This document shows, piece by piece, positions 1 to 9,212 of a stretch of DNA of 64,000 nucleotides. The position numbers were made by a program, and so were the translations under genes. The stretch lies in assembly GCA_012729785.1 (NCBI GenBank), contig JAAYCL010000044.1, forward strand, positions 34,752 to 98,751, given 5' to 3'. This DNA is from Chlamydiota bacterium. GTDB lineage: Bacteria; Auribacterota; Tritonobacteria; UBA1439. The notes under the pieces are model-generated. The model was not told the origin of the DNA. It did not search any database and saw only the letters and a list, made by a program, of their open reading frames with translations. Each line of letters opens with the position of its first letter. Position 1 is the stretch's first letter.

Positions 1-339
1 CCTGAGCAGCCGCGCGGCTGCGGAGCTTCTGGGGTTGGGGGCGAAGAAGAAGTGGAAGAGGGAGGGGCGCGGGCCCCGGAGGAGGAGACGCGCGAAGAGG
101 CGGAGGTTCTCGGAGAGGGCGGGGGCGAACGACCCGGCGTCGCGGTAGATCGCCTCCTCCGCGGCGTGCGGCAGTCCGAGCGTCGTGTTGCGCGGAACGA
201 AGACCCTGAACCGCTCGCCGGGAAGGTGGGTGACGATGTCGCGGGCGAGGTTCTTGCCGCTGTCGTTCCAGGGCGGGGCGAGCGGCTTGGAGACGATCGC
301 GATCTCGCGGCCGCGGTCCGCCCGGGGGCTCCTGTTCAT
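1..339 (-). CDS. Partial CDS (N-terminal ~113 aa; 3' end beyond window start) of a glycosyltransferase-like protein
   Basis: ATG at 339..337 overlaps the TGA stop of the downstream-coordinate GT4 gene (ATGA). Translation MNRSPRADRGREIAIVSKPLAPPWNDSGKNLARDIVTHL... is open to position 1 and resembles a GT-B N-terminal domain. Confidence 0.5.
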   Translation of the reverse strand, partial: MNRSPRADRGREIAIVSKPLAPPWNDSGKNLARDIVTHLPGERFRVFVPRNTTLGLPHAAEEAIYRDAGSFAPALSENLRLFARLLLRGPRPSLFHFFFAPNPRSSAAARLLR

Positions 340-1529
340 TCCGTCCTTTCAGTGCAGCGCCTGCATTCCCTCAATAACGCCGCGTACCGGTCCGCGACTG
401 CGGCGACGGCATAGGGACGCGCGGAGAGGCGGGCGCCCTCCGAGAGCCGGTCGCACAGGGGGCGGTCTCCCCGGAGTCTCTCGACGGCCGTCCTGAGGGC
501 CGCCTCGTCGCCCGGCGGCACGAGGAGGCCGTTCACCCCGTCCGCGACAAGCTCGCCGAGCCCCCCCGACGCGGCGGCGACGACCGGTTTCCCCGCGGCG
601 AGCGCCTCGAGCACGCCGACCGGCATCCCCTCGGTCCTCACTCCCGCGAGCACGCGCGAGGGCGCCGCCACTATATCACAGAGGGCGAGCAAATCAAGCC
701 TGCGCGCCCTGTCGACGAACCCCTCGAAGCGCATGTCGACGCCCAGACCGCGCGCGAGCCGTTCGATTTCCGCGCGGCACGGTCCGTCCCCCGCGGCGAC
801 GAGGAGGGTATCGGGGAGCCCCGCGAGCGCCCGCACGAGCAGGTCGAGCCCTTTGATCTCCACGAACCGCCCGGTGAAGAGGACGACGAATTTCTTGCCG
901 ATCCGTTCGCGCGCCCTGAGCGCCGCGCGCCCGCCGCGCGGAGAGAAGAACTCCTTGCACACGCCCATCGGGGCGAGGGGGATGTCGGCGGGCGCGCGCC
1001 CGAGCGGCGCCGCGATCCGGGAGCGGGTCGCCGCGCTCACCGCGGCGACCCGCGTCGTGGTTCCGAACGCCCCCCGGAGGAGGCGGAGCGTCATACCGGG
1101 GGGGGCGGAATGGGCTGTGACGAGATGGGGTTTGCCCAGGAGGCGCGCCGCCGTAGCCCCGGCGAACCCGGCGGGGAAAAGCCAGTGCGACCAGAGGAGG
1201 TCGCTCCGCCGCGCTTCCCGGATCGCCGCGGTGATCAAGGTCATGGCGAACGGGGGGATGAGGAGGCGACGAAGCGGGTGCAGGCGGAGGTTCTCCTCGA
1301 TCCCAGCCCCGTAGGCGAGGCGCTGGAGACGGCGGGGGATGCAGTACGTGAACGGCGTCACGGCGATCCCGGGCTCTTCGGGAAGGCGCCTGGATGCGCG
1401 GTCCGCGGGGACCAGGACGGTGAAGGCGAATCCCCGAAAGACGAGCTCCCGGCAGAGGTCGCGGATGAAGGTGCCGGCGATATCCCCTTCGAAGCGCGGG
1501 TAGGAGGAGGTGAGGAGGCAGATGTGCAT
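336..1529 (-). CDS. GT4-family (GT-B fold) glycosyltransferase
   Basis: 397-aa ORF. N-terminus MHICLLTSSYPRFEGDIAGTF and C-terminal EGMPVGVLEALAAGKPVVAAASGGLGELV are typical GT4 retaining glycosyltransferase motifs. Confidence 0.85.
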   Translation of the reverse strand: MHICLLTSSYPRFEGDIAGTFIRDLCRELVFRGFAFTVLVPADRASRRLPEEPGIAVTPFTYCIPRRLQRLAYGAGIEENLRLHPLRRLLIPPFAMTLITAAIREARRSDLLWSHWLFPAGFAGATAARLLGKPHLVTAHSAPPGMTLRLLRGAFGTTTRVAAVSAATRSRIAAPLGRAPADIPLAPMGVCKEFFSPRGGRAALRARERIGKKFVVLFTGRFVEIKGLDLLVRALAGLPDTLLVAAGDGPCRAEIERLARGLGVDMRFEGFVDRARRLDLLALCDIVAAPSRVLAGVRTEGMPVGVLEALAAGKPVVAAASGGLGELVADGVNGLLVPPGDEAALRTAVERLRGDRPLCDRLSEGARLSARPYAVAAVADRYAALLRECRRCTERTE

Positions 1530-1553
1530 GGGACCTGTCTCGAATTTGAGATC

Positions 1554-2330
1554 TCAGATATGAGAATTCGGTTCCGGGCCCTCTTTTCCGGGCGGGCGGG
1601 CGGCCCCCCGGAGGAAGCCGCTCAGCATCCTCCGGACGGCGCACCGAGCCAGGATAAACGCCATCTTGACGGCGTAGGAGGGGATCCATATCCCGGACGT
1701 CTCGTCCGCGTAGACCGCCTTGACCGGCACCTCGACGATTGTAAGGCCGCGCAGGACGAGTCCGCAGAGCATCTCATTCGGGTACCCGTAGCCGTCGCGG
1801 TACGGAAGGTCGGCCAACGCCCGCAGCGCCGCCGGGCCCGCGGCGGTGTACCCGCACTGAGAGTCCCGTATCCCCGGGTGCCCCACGGCGAGGCGCGTGA
1901 GGGCGCTCAGGAGACGGTTGCCGAACCGCCTCACCGGCGGCATCGGGCGCGCCAGGATCGGATCGGCGAGGCGGTTCCCCTTGCTGTAGTCGGCCCCGCC
2001 CACGGCGACCGGGTCGAGGAGGCGAGGGAGATCGGCCGGGTCCGCCTGCGCGTCGCCCGGCATCACGACGGCGACGGCGGCTCCGCACTCGATCGCCTTT
2101 CGATAGCCGGTCCGGATGGCCGCCCCGACGCCGCGCCGTTTTGCGTGCCGGACGAGCAGGAGGCGTTTGTCCGCGCGCGCGGCCGCCCGGGCCGCCGTCG
2201 CATCGGTCGAGCCGTCGTCCACGACGACGATACGGTCCACGAACGGCGGCATCCCGCCGACGACCCTCTCGATGAGGCGTTCCTCGTTGTGCGCCGGCAC
2301 GACCGCCGCGATCCGCATCCCCCGGTACAT
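1554..2330 (-). CDS. GT2-family glycosyltransferase (DPM1/polyprenyl-phosphate sugar synthase-like)
   Basis: 258-aa ORF. AAVVPAHNEERLIERVV...VVVDDGSTDAT matches the GT-A DxD region. Confidence 0.85.
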   Translation of the reverse strand: MYRGMRIAAVVPAHNEERLIERVVGGMPPFVDRIVVVDDGSTDATAARAAARADKRLLLVRHAKRRGVGAAIRTGYRKAIECGAAVAVVMPGDAQADPADLPRLLDPVAVGGADYSKGNRLADPILARPMPPVRRFGNRLLSALTRLAVGHPGIRDSQCGYTAAGPAALRALADLPYRDGYGYPNEMLCGLVLRGLTIVEVPVKAVYADETSGIWIPSYAVKMAFILARCAVRRMLSGFLRGAARPPGKEGPEPNSHI

Positions 2331-2503
2331 GGGGGGCAGTATAGCACAAGGCGGCCGCGCAGCCGTGCCGGTCAGGTCTCCGGTTGCTTCGGTGTGCCGG
2401 TCCTATGGGACCTATGGGAAGAGCGGCGGTGCCCGACGAAGGCCGGGCGGCCACCCGATACGTCTCGAACCGTTTTTCGGCTTCCGCGTCGTCGGCGGGT
2501 GTG

Positions 2504-2512
2504 CGATAATCC
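2504..2512 (+). promoter_or_regulatory. Candidate extended -10 element (TGcGATAAT) upstream of the GT-C/NHL gene
   Basis: TGnGATAAT lies 37 nt upstream of ATG 2549. The RBS GGAGGAG sits 5 nt before the ATG. Confidence 0.3.
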
Positions 2513-2548
2513 GGCACCTGGACGCATTCGCCTATAGCGGAGGAGCAG

Positions 2549-5401
2549 ATGAGTCGCCCGGCCCCCGTCGAACAGAGCCCCGCCCCCGAGAAAGGGTACG
2601 TGACGATACGCCTGGACTGGTTCCGCGTCGTATTCGCCGCGATACTCGCCTTTACCGTCGTGACCCGTTTTTACGGCCTCTCCCTGAAACCGTTTCACCA
2701 CGACGAGAGCCTCTACGCGACCTACTCCTGGTACCTGTTCGAGGGGAGGGGGTACAAGTACGACCCGATGATGCACGGCCCCTTCATGTTCTACCTCGAC
2801 GCCCTCCTCTTCACCCTCTTCGGGGTCGGGGACTTCGTCGCCCGGATGGGCGCGGCGCTCTTCGGTGTGGGGCTCGTCTGGTGCGCCTGGCTGTTCCGAA
2901 AAGAGCTCGGGAAGGCGGGCGCCCTCTCGGCGGCCGCGCTCTTCGCGGTCTCCCCGACGTTCATGTACTTCTCCCGCTTCTTCCGCGAGGATGTCTTCGT
3001 CGCCTTCTGGGCCCTCCTCTCCGTGGGGCTCTTCGTGAATCGACTGCGTGCCGGCTCGAGGGGGTGGCTCTACGGGGCCTCGGCGGCCTTCTCCCTGATG
3101 TTCTGCGTCAAGGAGAACTCGTACATGTTCCTGGCCATCTTCGTTTCGTTCTGGGCTTTCATGCTCCTCTTCGAACGGTGCTTCGGGCGCGCCGCCCTCC
3201 CGGGAACGCCGTGCGCCGCGGGGGGGGGGCGCCGCCTCCTCGGCCTCCTCGACACCGTCGTGGCGCTCGGCATCTTCTTCGCGATCTTCTATCTGTTCTT
3301 CACCTCCTTTTTCCGCAACCCGCCCGGCTTCATCGACGGCCTCTACCGGAAGTCGCTCGGCTACTGGATGCACCAGGACAAGATCCAGCGCATCAAGGGC
3401 CCGTTCACCTACTTCTGCCCGATCGCCGCGACCTACGAGCTCCCCCTGCTGGCCGTCCTCTTCGCCGGCGTCGTCGCCACCCTCAGGCGCCATCGTCTCT
3501 CCCTCGCCGTCATGGCCGGTTCGAGCGCCGTCGCCCTTCCGCTGATGTGCCTCTGGAACCGGCCCCTGCCGGTCGCGTGGGACACGCTGTTCCACATGAC
3601 GAGCACGCTCCACGTCGTCTTCGCCCTCTACGTGTTCGCCCTCGGGATGGCGGCCACCTGCACCTGCCTTCGGGAGGGGAGGCGCTTCGCCGCCTTCGTC
3701 TCCTACTGGAGCTGGACCAGCCTCCTGCTCTACTCGTACGCGGGGGAGAAGGTCCCCTGGCTCCTGATGCACGTGCTGATGCCGATGGTGCTCTGGGCGG
3801 GCGTCTTGTTGGGCGACTTCTTCGCCTCGGAGCGGTTCCGGCGGAACACGAACGCGTACGCGGCGCTCCTCGGGGTCGGGCTCCTCCTCTTCCTGCAGGC
3901 CTCGCTCCGGCTCTGCTTCGTCAACGAGGCCAACCCGGTCGAGTGCATGGTCTACACCCAGACCTCCACGGACATCCAGAAGACGCTGCGGATCATCAAC
4001 GCCCTCGCCGAGGAGACCGGGAAGGGGCTGCAGCTCCCGATCGGCATCCAGGGCGAGTCCACCTGGCCGTACACCTGGTACCTCCGCGACTACAAGGACT
4101 GGTTCCATCCGGGAACCTTCACCGCGCCGAGCAAGATGGTCGTGGCGGTGGACTGGGACAAGCGCCGGGACTTCAGCGCGGTCCTCGAGCCGCACTACCG
4201 GGAGACGCGGATGAAGCTCAGGGAGTGGTGGGTGCCGAGCCCGCTGGGCTCCCTGAAGAGCCCCGGGCCGGGGTGGGCCGAGCGCGTCTTCGGCCGGCGG
4301 CCGTTCTCGGTCTTCATCGCGGACTCCTCCCACCGGCTCCGGGCGCTGCTGCGGTACTACTTCAGCCGGCAGGTCTGGAGCGTCCTCGGCTCGCAGGATA
4401 TCGCCTTCTACGTGCGGCGGGACCTCCTCGGCGAGGCGCCCGGCCCCGTTTCCGCCGCGGAGGCGCCGCAGGCGCCCGCGGTGGCCAAGGAGTATGCGGT
4501 GATCGGGACGACGTCCCCCGACGCCGTCTTCGGTGAGCGGGGAAGCGCCGCGGGCCGCTTCGACGAGCCTCGTGGCATCTGGGCGGACGCAACCGGTGCC
4601 ATCTACGTCGCCGACACCAAGAATCACCGCTGGCAGAAGCTCGACGCGCAGGGGAAGCCCCTCCTCACGGTCGGGAAGCCGGGGAGCGGCCCCGCGGAGT
4701 TCAAGGAGCCGATGGGGATCGCCGTCGACGGCGACGGATTCGTCTACGTCGCCGACACCTGGAATCACCGCATCCAGAAGTTCGACCGGGAGGGGAGATT
4801 CGTCAAGGAGTGGGGCGGCGGCGCGGGCGGCTTCTGGGCTCCGAAAGGCATGGCGTTCGACCGGGAGGGGAACCTGTACGTGGTCGATACGGGGCGGCAC
4901 CGGGTCCAGAAGTTCACGTCCGGCGGCTCCTACCTGCTGCACTGGGGTGACCAGGGGGAGGGGCCGGGAGAGTTCAGGGAACCGGTGGGGATCGTCGTGG
5001 TTTCAGGCGAAGCCGCCGCGGCGGCCGGCGACGATACGAAACAAACGCCCGGGGATGCGGTCCTGGTCGCCGATACCGCCAACAAGCGCGTGCAGAGATT
5101 CGACACGAAGGGGAGGTTCCTCGGGCAGTTCCGCGTCCTCGGGTGGGAGGAGTACTACACCGAGCCGTTCGCCGCGGCGGACTCCGCGGGAAGAATCTGG
5201 CTCACCGACAGCCGGAACAACCGCATCCAGATCTTCAGCCCCGACGGGGTGCTCCAGGCCCTCTGGTCGGCGAAGGGGTTCAAGCCGGGCGACTTCAACG
5301 TCCCGACCGGCATCTTCATCGCCGACGGACGCGTCTACGTCAGCGATACCCACAACCACCGCGTGCAGGTGTTCGCCGAGAAACGGGTCTGCCGGAGGTA
5401 G
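2549..5401 (+). CDS. Polytopic GT-C-type membrane glycosyltransferase (PMT_2/ArnT-like N-terminus) fused to a C-terminal six-bladed NHL-repeat beta-propeller
   Basis: 950 aa. N-terminus has multiple TM helices and an HHDESLYATYSW loop motif. C-terminus has six NHL repeats: VYVADTKNHRWQK, VYVADTWNHRIQKF, LYVVDTGRHRVQKF, VLVADTANKRVQRF, IWLTDSRNNRIQIF, VYVSDTHNHRVQVF. Confidence 0.85.
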   Translation: MSRPAPVEQSPAPEKGYVTIRLDWFRVVFAAILAFTVVTRFYGLSLKPFHHDESLYATYSWYLFEGRGYKYDPMMHGPFMFYLDALLFTLFGVGDFVARMGAALFGVGLVWCAWLFRKELGKAGALSAAALFAVSPTFMYFSRFFREDVFVAFWALLSVGLFVNRLRAGSRGWLYGASAAFSLMFCVKENSYMFLAIFVSFWAFMLLFERCFGRAALPGTPCAAGGGRRLLGLLDTVVALGIFFAIFYLFFTSFFRNPPGFIDGLYRKSLGYWMHQDKIQRIKGPFTYFCPIAATYELPLLAVLFAGVVATLRRHRLSLAVMAGSSAVALPLMCLWNRPLPVAWDTLFHMTSTLHVVFALYVFALGMAATCTCLREGRRFAAFVSYWSWTSLLLYSYAGEKVPWLLMHVLMPMVLWAGVLLGDFFASERFRRNTNAYAALLGVGLLLFLQASLRLCFVNEANPVECMVYTQTSTDIQKTLRIINALAEETGKGLQLPIGIQGESTWPYTWYLRDYKDWFHPGTFTAPSKMVVAVDWDKRRDFSAVLEPHYRETRMKLREWWVPSPLGSLKSPGPGWAERVFGRRPFSVFIADSSHRLRALLRYYFSRQVWSVLGSQDIAFYVRRDLLGEAPGPVSAAEAPQAPAVAKEYAVIGTTSPDAVFGERGSAAGRFDEPRGIWADATGAIYVADTKNHRWQKLDAQGKPLLTVGKPGSGPAEFKEPMGIAVDGDGFVYVADTWNHRIQKFDREGRFVKEWGGGAGGFWAPKGMAFDREGNLYVVDTGRHRVQKFTSGGSYLLHWGDQGEGPGEFREPVGIVVVSGEAAAAAGDDTKQTPGDAVLVADTANKRVQRFDTKGRFLGQFRVLGWEEYYTEPFAAADSAGRIWLTDSRNNRIQIFSPDGVLQALWSAKGFKPGDFNVPTGIFIADGRVYVSDTHNHRVQVFAEKRVCRR

Positions 5402-5475
5402 GAGCGCCGCGCCCGTTTCCGCCGGCGAACGCGCAGCGCGGCGGGGCCCCTCCGGCCCGAAGGCGGATCGAAACC

Positions 5476-7227
5476 ATGACCGTAGTGCGCACCGTCGTTT
5501 TGGCGCAGCCGCCGCTCCCGGCGAACGAGCGACACAAGCGGGTGCTCCCCCTGGGGCTCGCCTACCTGGCCGCCTACGCCCGCGATCGAATCCCCGGGCT
5601 GCGCGTGCGGATCGTCGACGGCCAGGCGTGCAAGCTCACCGTCCCCCAGATCGCCGAGCAGGTGCGGGCGGAGGATCCTGGGGTTGTCGGCATCACCTAC
5701 TGGACCTGCCAGGCCCCCGCGGCGCACCTCCTCTCCCGGTTGCTCCGCGAGACGGCGCCGGGCGCCGCGATCGTGCACGGGGGGATCCATCCGACCATCT
5801 ATCCCTCCGCGGCGCTCGAGACGGCGGACTACTGCATCATGCACGAGGGAGAGGAGACGTTCGTAGAGCTCCTCCGTCTGCTCGCCGGGGAGGGGCGGGG
5901 GCCTGAGGGGATCGCGGGCCTCGCCTGGAGGGACGGCCGGGAGCCGCGCGTCAACCCGCCGCGGCCGTTCATCGCCGACCTCGACGCGCTCCCGTTCCCC
6001 GCGTGGGATCTCCTGCCGATGGACCGGTACGACTCGCCGCTCCACGTTGTCGGCGGCCGGCGGCTCCCCATCGTCGGTTCCCGAGGCTGCCCCTACGGCT
6101 GCACCTACTGCGGCTCCCCCTTGATGTGGGGCCGCCGCGTCAGGTGGCGCAGCCCGGAAAACATCCTCGCCGAGATGAAGGCCGCGATCGCCGCGCTCGG
6201 CCTCACGCAGTTCCATTTCTGGGACGACAACCTGATGCTCGACCGCCGCCATGTCGAGCGGCTCTGCCGTCTGATCATCGAGGAGCGGCTCGCCGTGCGG
6301 TGGACCGGTCTGACGCGCGCCTCCCATATCGCGCGCAACGGGGATCTGATGGGACTCCTGAAACAGGCAGGGTGCATCGGCCTGGAGGTGGGGATCGAGA
6401 GCGCGAACCCGGAGACGTTCTCGCAGATCGACAAAGACGAGGATTTGCAGGTCATCAGGGAGGTGGCGCACCTCCACAAGGCGCACGGGATGTCCCCCCT
6501 CTTCACCTACATGGCGTGCAACCCGGGGGAGACGATCTCCGGGTATTACGCCCAGGCGCGGTTCATCGACGAGCTTGTCGCGGGGCTCCCGTGGTACGCG
6601 CACTTTCACCCGATGCCCTTCCCGCTCTACACGGGGCAGTTCGCGACCCCCCATATGGGGACGAAGCTCCACGACGAGGCGCCGAAGCTCGGGATGGTGC
6701 TGGCGGAGCGGCTCGAGGAGTACCACCACCATCGGATCAACTTCGTGCCGAACTCGCTCCTCGACGACATACCCGCCCGCAACATCCGGGCGCTCGACCT
6801 GTACCAGTACCGGCTCTGCCGTTACGCCCTCTGGTACTCCTTCTGGGACGACTTCAACGCGGCGGTGCCCCGGGACCGGCAGCGGGAGACGCTGGCGCGG
6901 TACCGGGATTTTCTCTCCTTTTTCTGGAGACTGTGCGACGGCAGGAATACCATCCGCCAAATCGCCGCCGCCGCCGGCCGCAGGGCGGGCGTGGAACCGC
7001 GGCAGGCGGTGCGGTTCGCCGCTTTTACGGCGCTCATCCTCGGGCAGACCGGGGTGATCGTTTCGGCGATCCACGACGCGGGGAGGAGACGGCCGGTGGT
7101 TGCGGTGGCGACGCCGGCCCAGGTCGAGGGCTGCCTCACGCCGGCCGGGGGCGAGATGCCGCCCCCGTCCGCCGCGCGCCGGGTCGCCGACGAGGCCGTA
7201 CGGCTCCTGCGGCGGTTTCTCGGATAG
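5476..7227 (+). CDS. Cobalamin-binding (class B) radical SAM protein
   Basis: 583 aa from ATG 5476. Has a B12-binding-like N-terminus (VVLAQPPLPANERHKRVLPLGLAYLAAY) and a radical SAM CxxxCxxC motif (GSRGCPYGCTYCGSP). Confidence 0.85.
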   Translation: MTVVRTVVLAQPPLPANERHKRVLPLGLAYLAAYARDRIPGLRVRIVDGQACKLTVPQIAEQVRAEDPGVVGITYWTCQAPAAHLLSRLLRETAPGAAIVHGGIHPTIYPSAALETADYCIMHEGEETFVELLRLLAGEGRGPEGIAGLAWRDGREPRVNPPRPFIADLDALPFPAWDLLPMDRYDSPLHVVGGRRLPIVGSRGCPYGCTYCGSPLMWGRRVRWRSPENILAEMKAAIAALGLTQFHFWDDNLMLDRRHVERLCRLIIEERLAVRWTGLTRASHIARNGDLMGLLKQAGCIGLEVGIESANPETFSQIDKDEDLQVIREVAHLHKAHGMSPLFTYMACNPGETISGYYAQARFIDELVAGLPWYAHFHPMPFPLYTGQFATPHMGTKLHDEAPKLGMVLAERLEEYHHHRINFVPNSLLDDIPARNIRALDLYQYRLCRYALWYSFWDDFNAAVPRDRQRETLARYRDFLSFFWRLCDGRNTIRQIAAAAGRRAGVEPRQAVRFAAFTALILGQTGVIVSAIHDAGRRRPVVAVATPAQVEGCLTPAGGEMPPPSAARRVADEAVRLLRRFLG

Positions 7228-7252
7228 GAATCGGGACAGAAGGGGGGGCGGG

Positions 7253-8284
7253 GTGGCGTCCTTGAAGAAGCTCTATCAGTACCACACCTATCGGGGGGCC
7301 TTCCAGCTCGTCAGGATGCTCGCGCCTGGATGCGGGGCGGAGCGCGGAGTGTGCACCGCAGGCCGCCCCCCCGACGGCGTATCGCCCTCCCGCGATTACC
7401 GCGCGATGCTTGTGCGCCTTATGCGGTTCAACCTCGCCTACGGGGCTGAGCGCCTCCAGCCCATCCACTACGTGCGGTATATCGAATACGCCCTCGCCGG
7501 GGCCCTCGCGGACATAGGGGAGGGGATGCGCGTGCTCGACGTGGGGAGCGGGGGATCGCTTCTCCCCGCTTTTCTGCTCTCCCTCGGGGCGACGGTGTAC
7601 AGCACCGATATCGACGCCGGCGTGCGGTTTCAACCGAAGATATGCCGCCTCAACAAGTTGCTCCGGGAGAGGGATCTCGAGAGGCTGCGGGTCGAGATCA
7701 GGGACATGCGACGCACCGGCTATCCCGAAGGGTATTTCGACAGGGTGATACTGCTCTCGATGGTGGAGCATATCCACTACGGCGACGATTCCGTCGCGAT
7801 GAAGGAAGCCGCGCGCATCCTCAAGCCCGGGGGAAAAATCTTTCTCACCTTCGATGTCGCACGGGACGCCCACGAGCTCATCTACCAGGGGCGCTACTAT
7901 TATGGCTTCACCATGGACGACATCAGGGGGATACAGGACGAGGTGCGCAAGGATCCGTCGCGCCGCCTCCAGGAGGATTTCATTACGCTCAAGGAGGGAT
8001 ACAACCCAGGCTACACGCGCTTCTACAACGAACGCACGATGATGGAATCCCTCGTCGCCCCGTCGGGTCTGGAGCTCGTCGAACACGGTTATTTCGGGGA
8101 CCACACCTTCGTGATCAGGGCCTTTTTCGACAGGAGGGGGATCGTCGAGTATCTCCACTGGATCCAGCCGATCCTCGCGTTGCTCATCTACCGAAGATAC
8201 GCCGGTGCGAACGAGCTGAGCGAGAAGCCGGGCGCAATCGGGTACTGTGTCCTGCAAAAGCCGTCCGCGCCCCCCGGGGCATAG
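7253..8284 (+). CDS. Class I SAM-dependent methyltransferase
   Basis: GTG 7253 is preceded by AGGGGGGGCGGG. Motif I VLDVGSGGSLLPAFL and a post-I acidic TDID are present, plus KPGGKIFLTF. Confidence 0.75.
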   Translation: MASLKKLYQYHTYRGAFQLVRMLAPGCGAERGVCTAGRPPDGVSPSRDYRAMLVRLMRFNLAYGAERLQPIHYVRYIEYALAGALADIGEGMRVLDVGSGGSLLPAFLLSLGATVYSTDIDAGVRFQPKICRLNKLLRERDLERLRVEIRDMRRTGYPEGYFDRVILLSMVEHIHYGDDSVAMKEAARILKPGGKIFLTFDVARDAHELIYQGRYYYGFTMDDIRGIQDEVRKDPSRRLQEDFITLKEGYNPGYTRFYNERTMMESLVAPSGLELVEHGYFGDHTFVIRAFFDRRGIVEYLHWIQPILALLIYRRYAGANELSEKPGAIGYCVLQKPSAPPGA

Positions 8285-8301
8285 AGAACGCTCCACGCCT
8301 G

Positions 8302-8310
8302 TGCTATACT
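8302..8310 (+). promoter_or_regulatory. Candidate extended -10 element TGcTATACT upstream of wzm
   Basis: Lies in the 63-nt intergenic region, 38 nt upstream of ATG 8348. Confidence 0.3.
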
Positions 8311-8347
8311 GTGATCCTGTGTTCCCTGGGTACGTCGACAAGGGGGA

Positions 8348-9208
8348 ATGTGCGTGAGGGCGCTCTCGCGGCTGAAGTCCCTGTGCACCGTGCACCGGGA
8401 ACTGCTCTTCCACCTGGCGTTGAAGAACCTGAAGGTGCAGTACAAGTACGCCTTCCTCGGATTCCTCTGGGCGTTCTTCGTGCCGCTCTGCATGGCGCTG
8501 GTCTTCTGGTTCCTCTTCGCCTTCCTCTGGCAGCGGCCGATACCGCCCCTCTCCATCGTGACGGCCCTCTTCGTCTGGCAGTTCGTCAATATGAGCATCG
8601 CGAGCTCCACGACCTCCATCATCGACAACGCGGGCCTGCTCAAGAAGGTCTACATCCCGCGGGAGATCGTCCCCCTTTCGATCGTGCTGTCGAACTTCAT
8701 CAACTTCCTCCTGTCGCTCGTGGTGCTGGTCGTGCTGGTCCTGATCTACACCACCTTCAAGGCGGGTCACCCGATCCTCCCCGTACAGATCCTTTTGCTC
8801 CCCCCGCTGGTCGTGGTGACGTTCCTGATGACGTCGGGGTTCGTGCTGATCACCTCGTCCCTCCAGGTGCTCTACCGGGACGTGAAGTACATCGTGGAGA
8901 TCGCCCTCCTGATCATCTTCTATCTTTCCGGCGCCTTCTACGAGGTGGACCTGATCGCCGCCGGCGCCGCCAGGAAAGGGATTCCGTGGCTCGTGCACCT
9001 GTTCATGTTGAACCCGATCTACGACCTGTTCGCGATGTACCGGATCGTCCTTCTTCCCTCCGCCATCTCGGAGATGACGGTGGACATCTCGCGGTACTAC
9101 CCGGTCTGGCTTGTGGTCTCCCAGACCGTCGTGTTCAGCGTTCTCCTCTTCGTCGCCGCCTACCGGATGTTTCTGCGGAGGGAAGTCGACCTGGTCGACC
9201 TGATTTGA
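8348..9208 (+). CDS. wzm: ABC-2 type polysaccharide export permease (Wzm/TagG-like)
   Basis: 286 aa with 6 predicted TM helices. LKNLKVQYKYAFLGFLWAFFVPL is the ABC-2 permease signature. The RBS is AAGGGGGAATG. Confidence 0.85.
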   Translation: MCVRALSRLKSLCTVHRELLFHLALKNLKVQYKYAFLGFLWAFFVPLCMALVFWFLFAFLWQRPIPPLSIVTALFVWQFVNMSIASSTTSIIDNAGLLKKVYIPREIVPLSIVLSNFINFLLSLVVLVVLVLIYTTFKAGHPILPVQILLLPPLVVVTFLMTSGFVLITSSLQVLYRDVKYIVEIALLIIFYLSGAFYEVDLIAAGAARKGIPWLVHLFMLNPIYDLFAMYRIVLLPSAISEMTVDISRYYPVWLVVSQTVVFSVLLFVAAYRMFLRREVDLVDLI

Positions 9209-9212
9209 CCCC

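Noticed and set aside
52-496. Plus-strand ORFs 52..414 and 185..496
   Set aside because: They overlap the minus-strand glycosyltransferase genes in alternative frames. Translations are Arg/Gly/Ala-rich low-complexity text typical of high-GC shadow frames.
694-2537. ORFs 694..1689(-), 733..1314(+), 1110..2537(+), 1774..2517(-)
   Set aside because: Shadow ORFs overlapping the GT4/GT2 genes. No domain-like motifs and extreme Arg/Pro/Gly content.
2116-4942. Long antisense or alternative-frame ORFs 2116..4536(+) and 2372..4942(-)
   Set aside because: They overlap the well-supported GT-C/NHL gene. Amino-acid composition is Arg/Pro/Gly/Glu-dominated with no motifs. This is a high-GC artefact.
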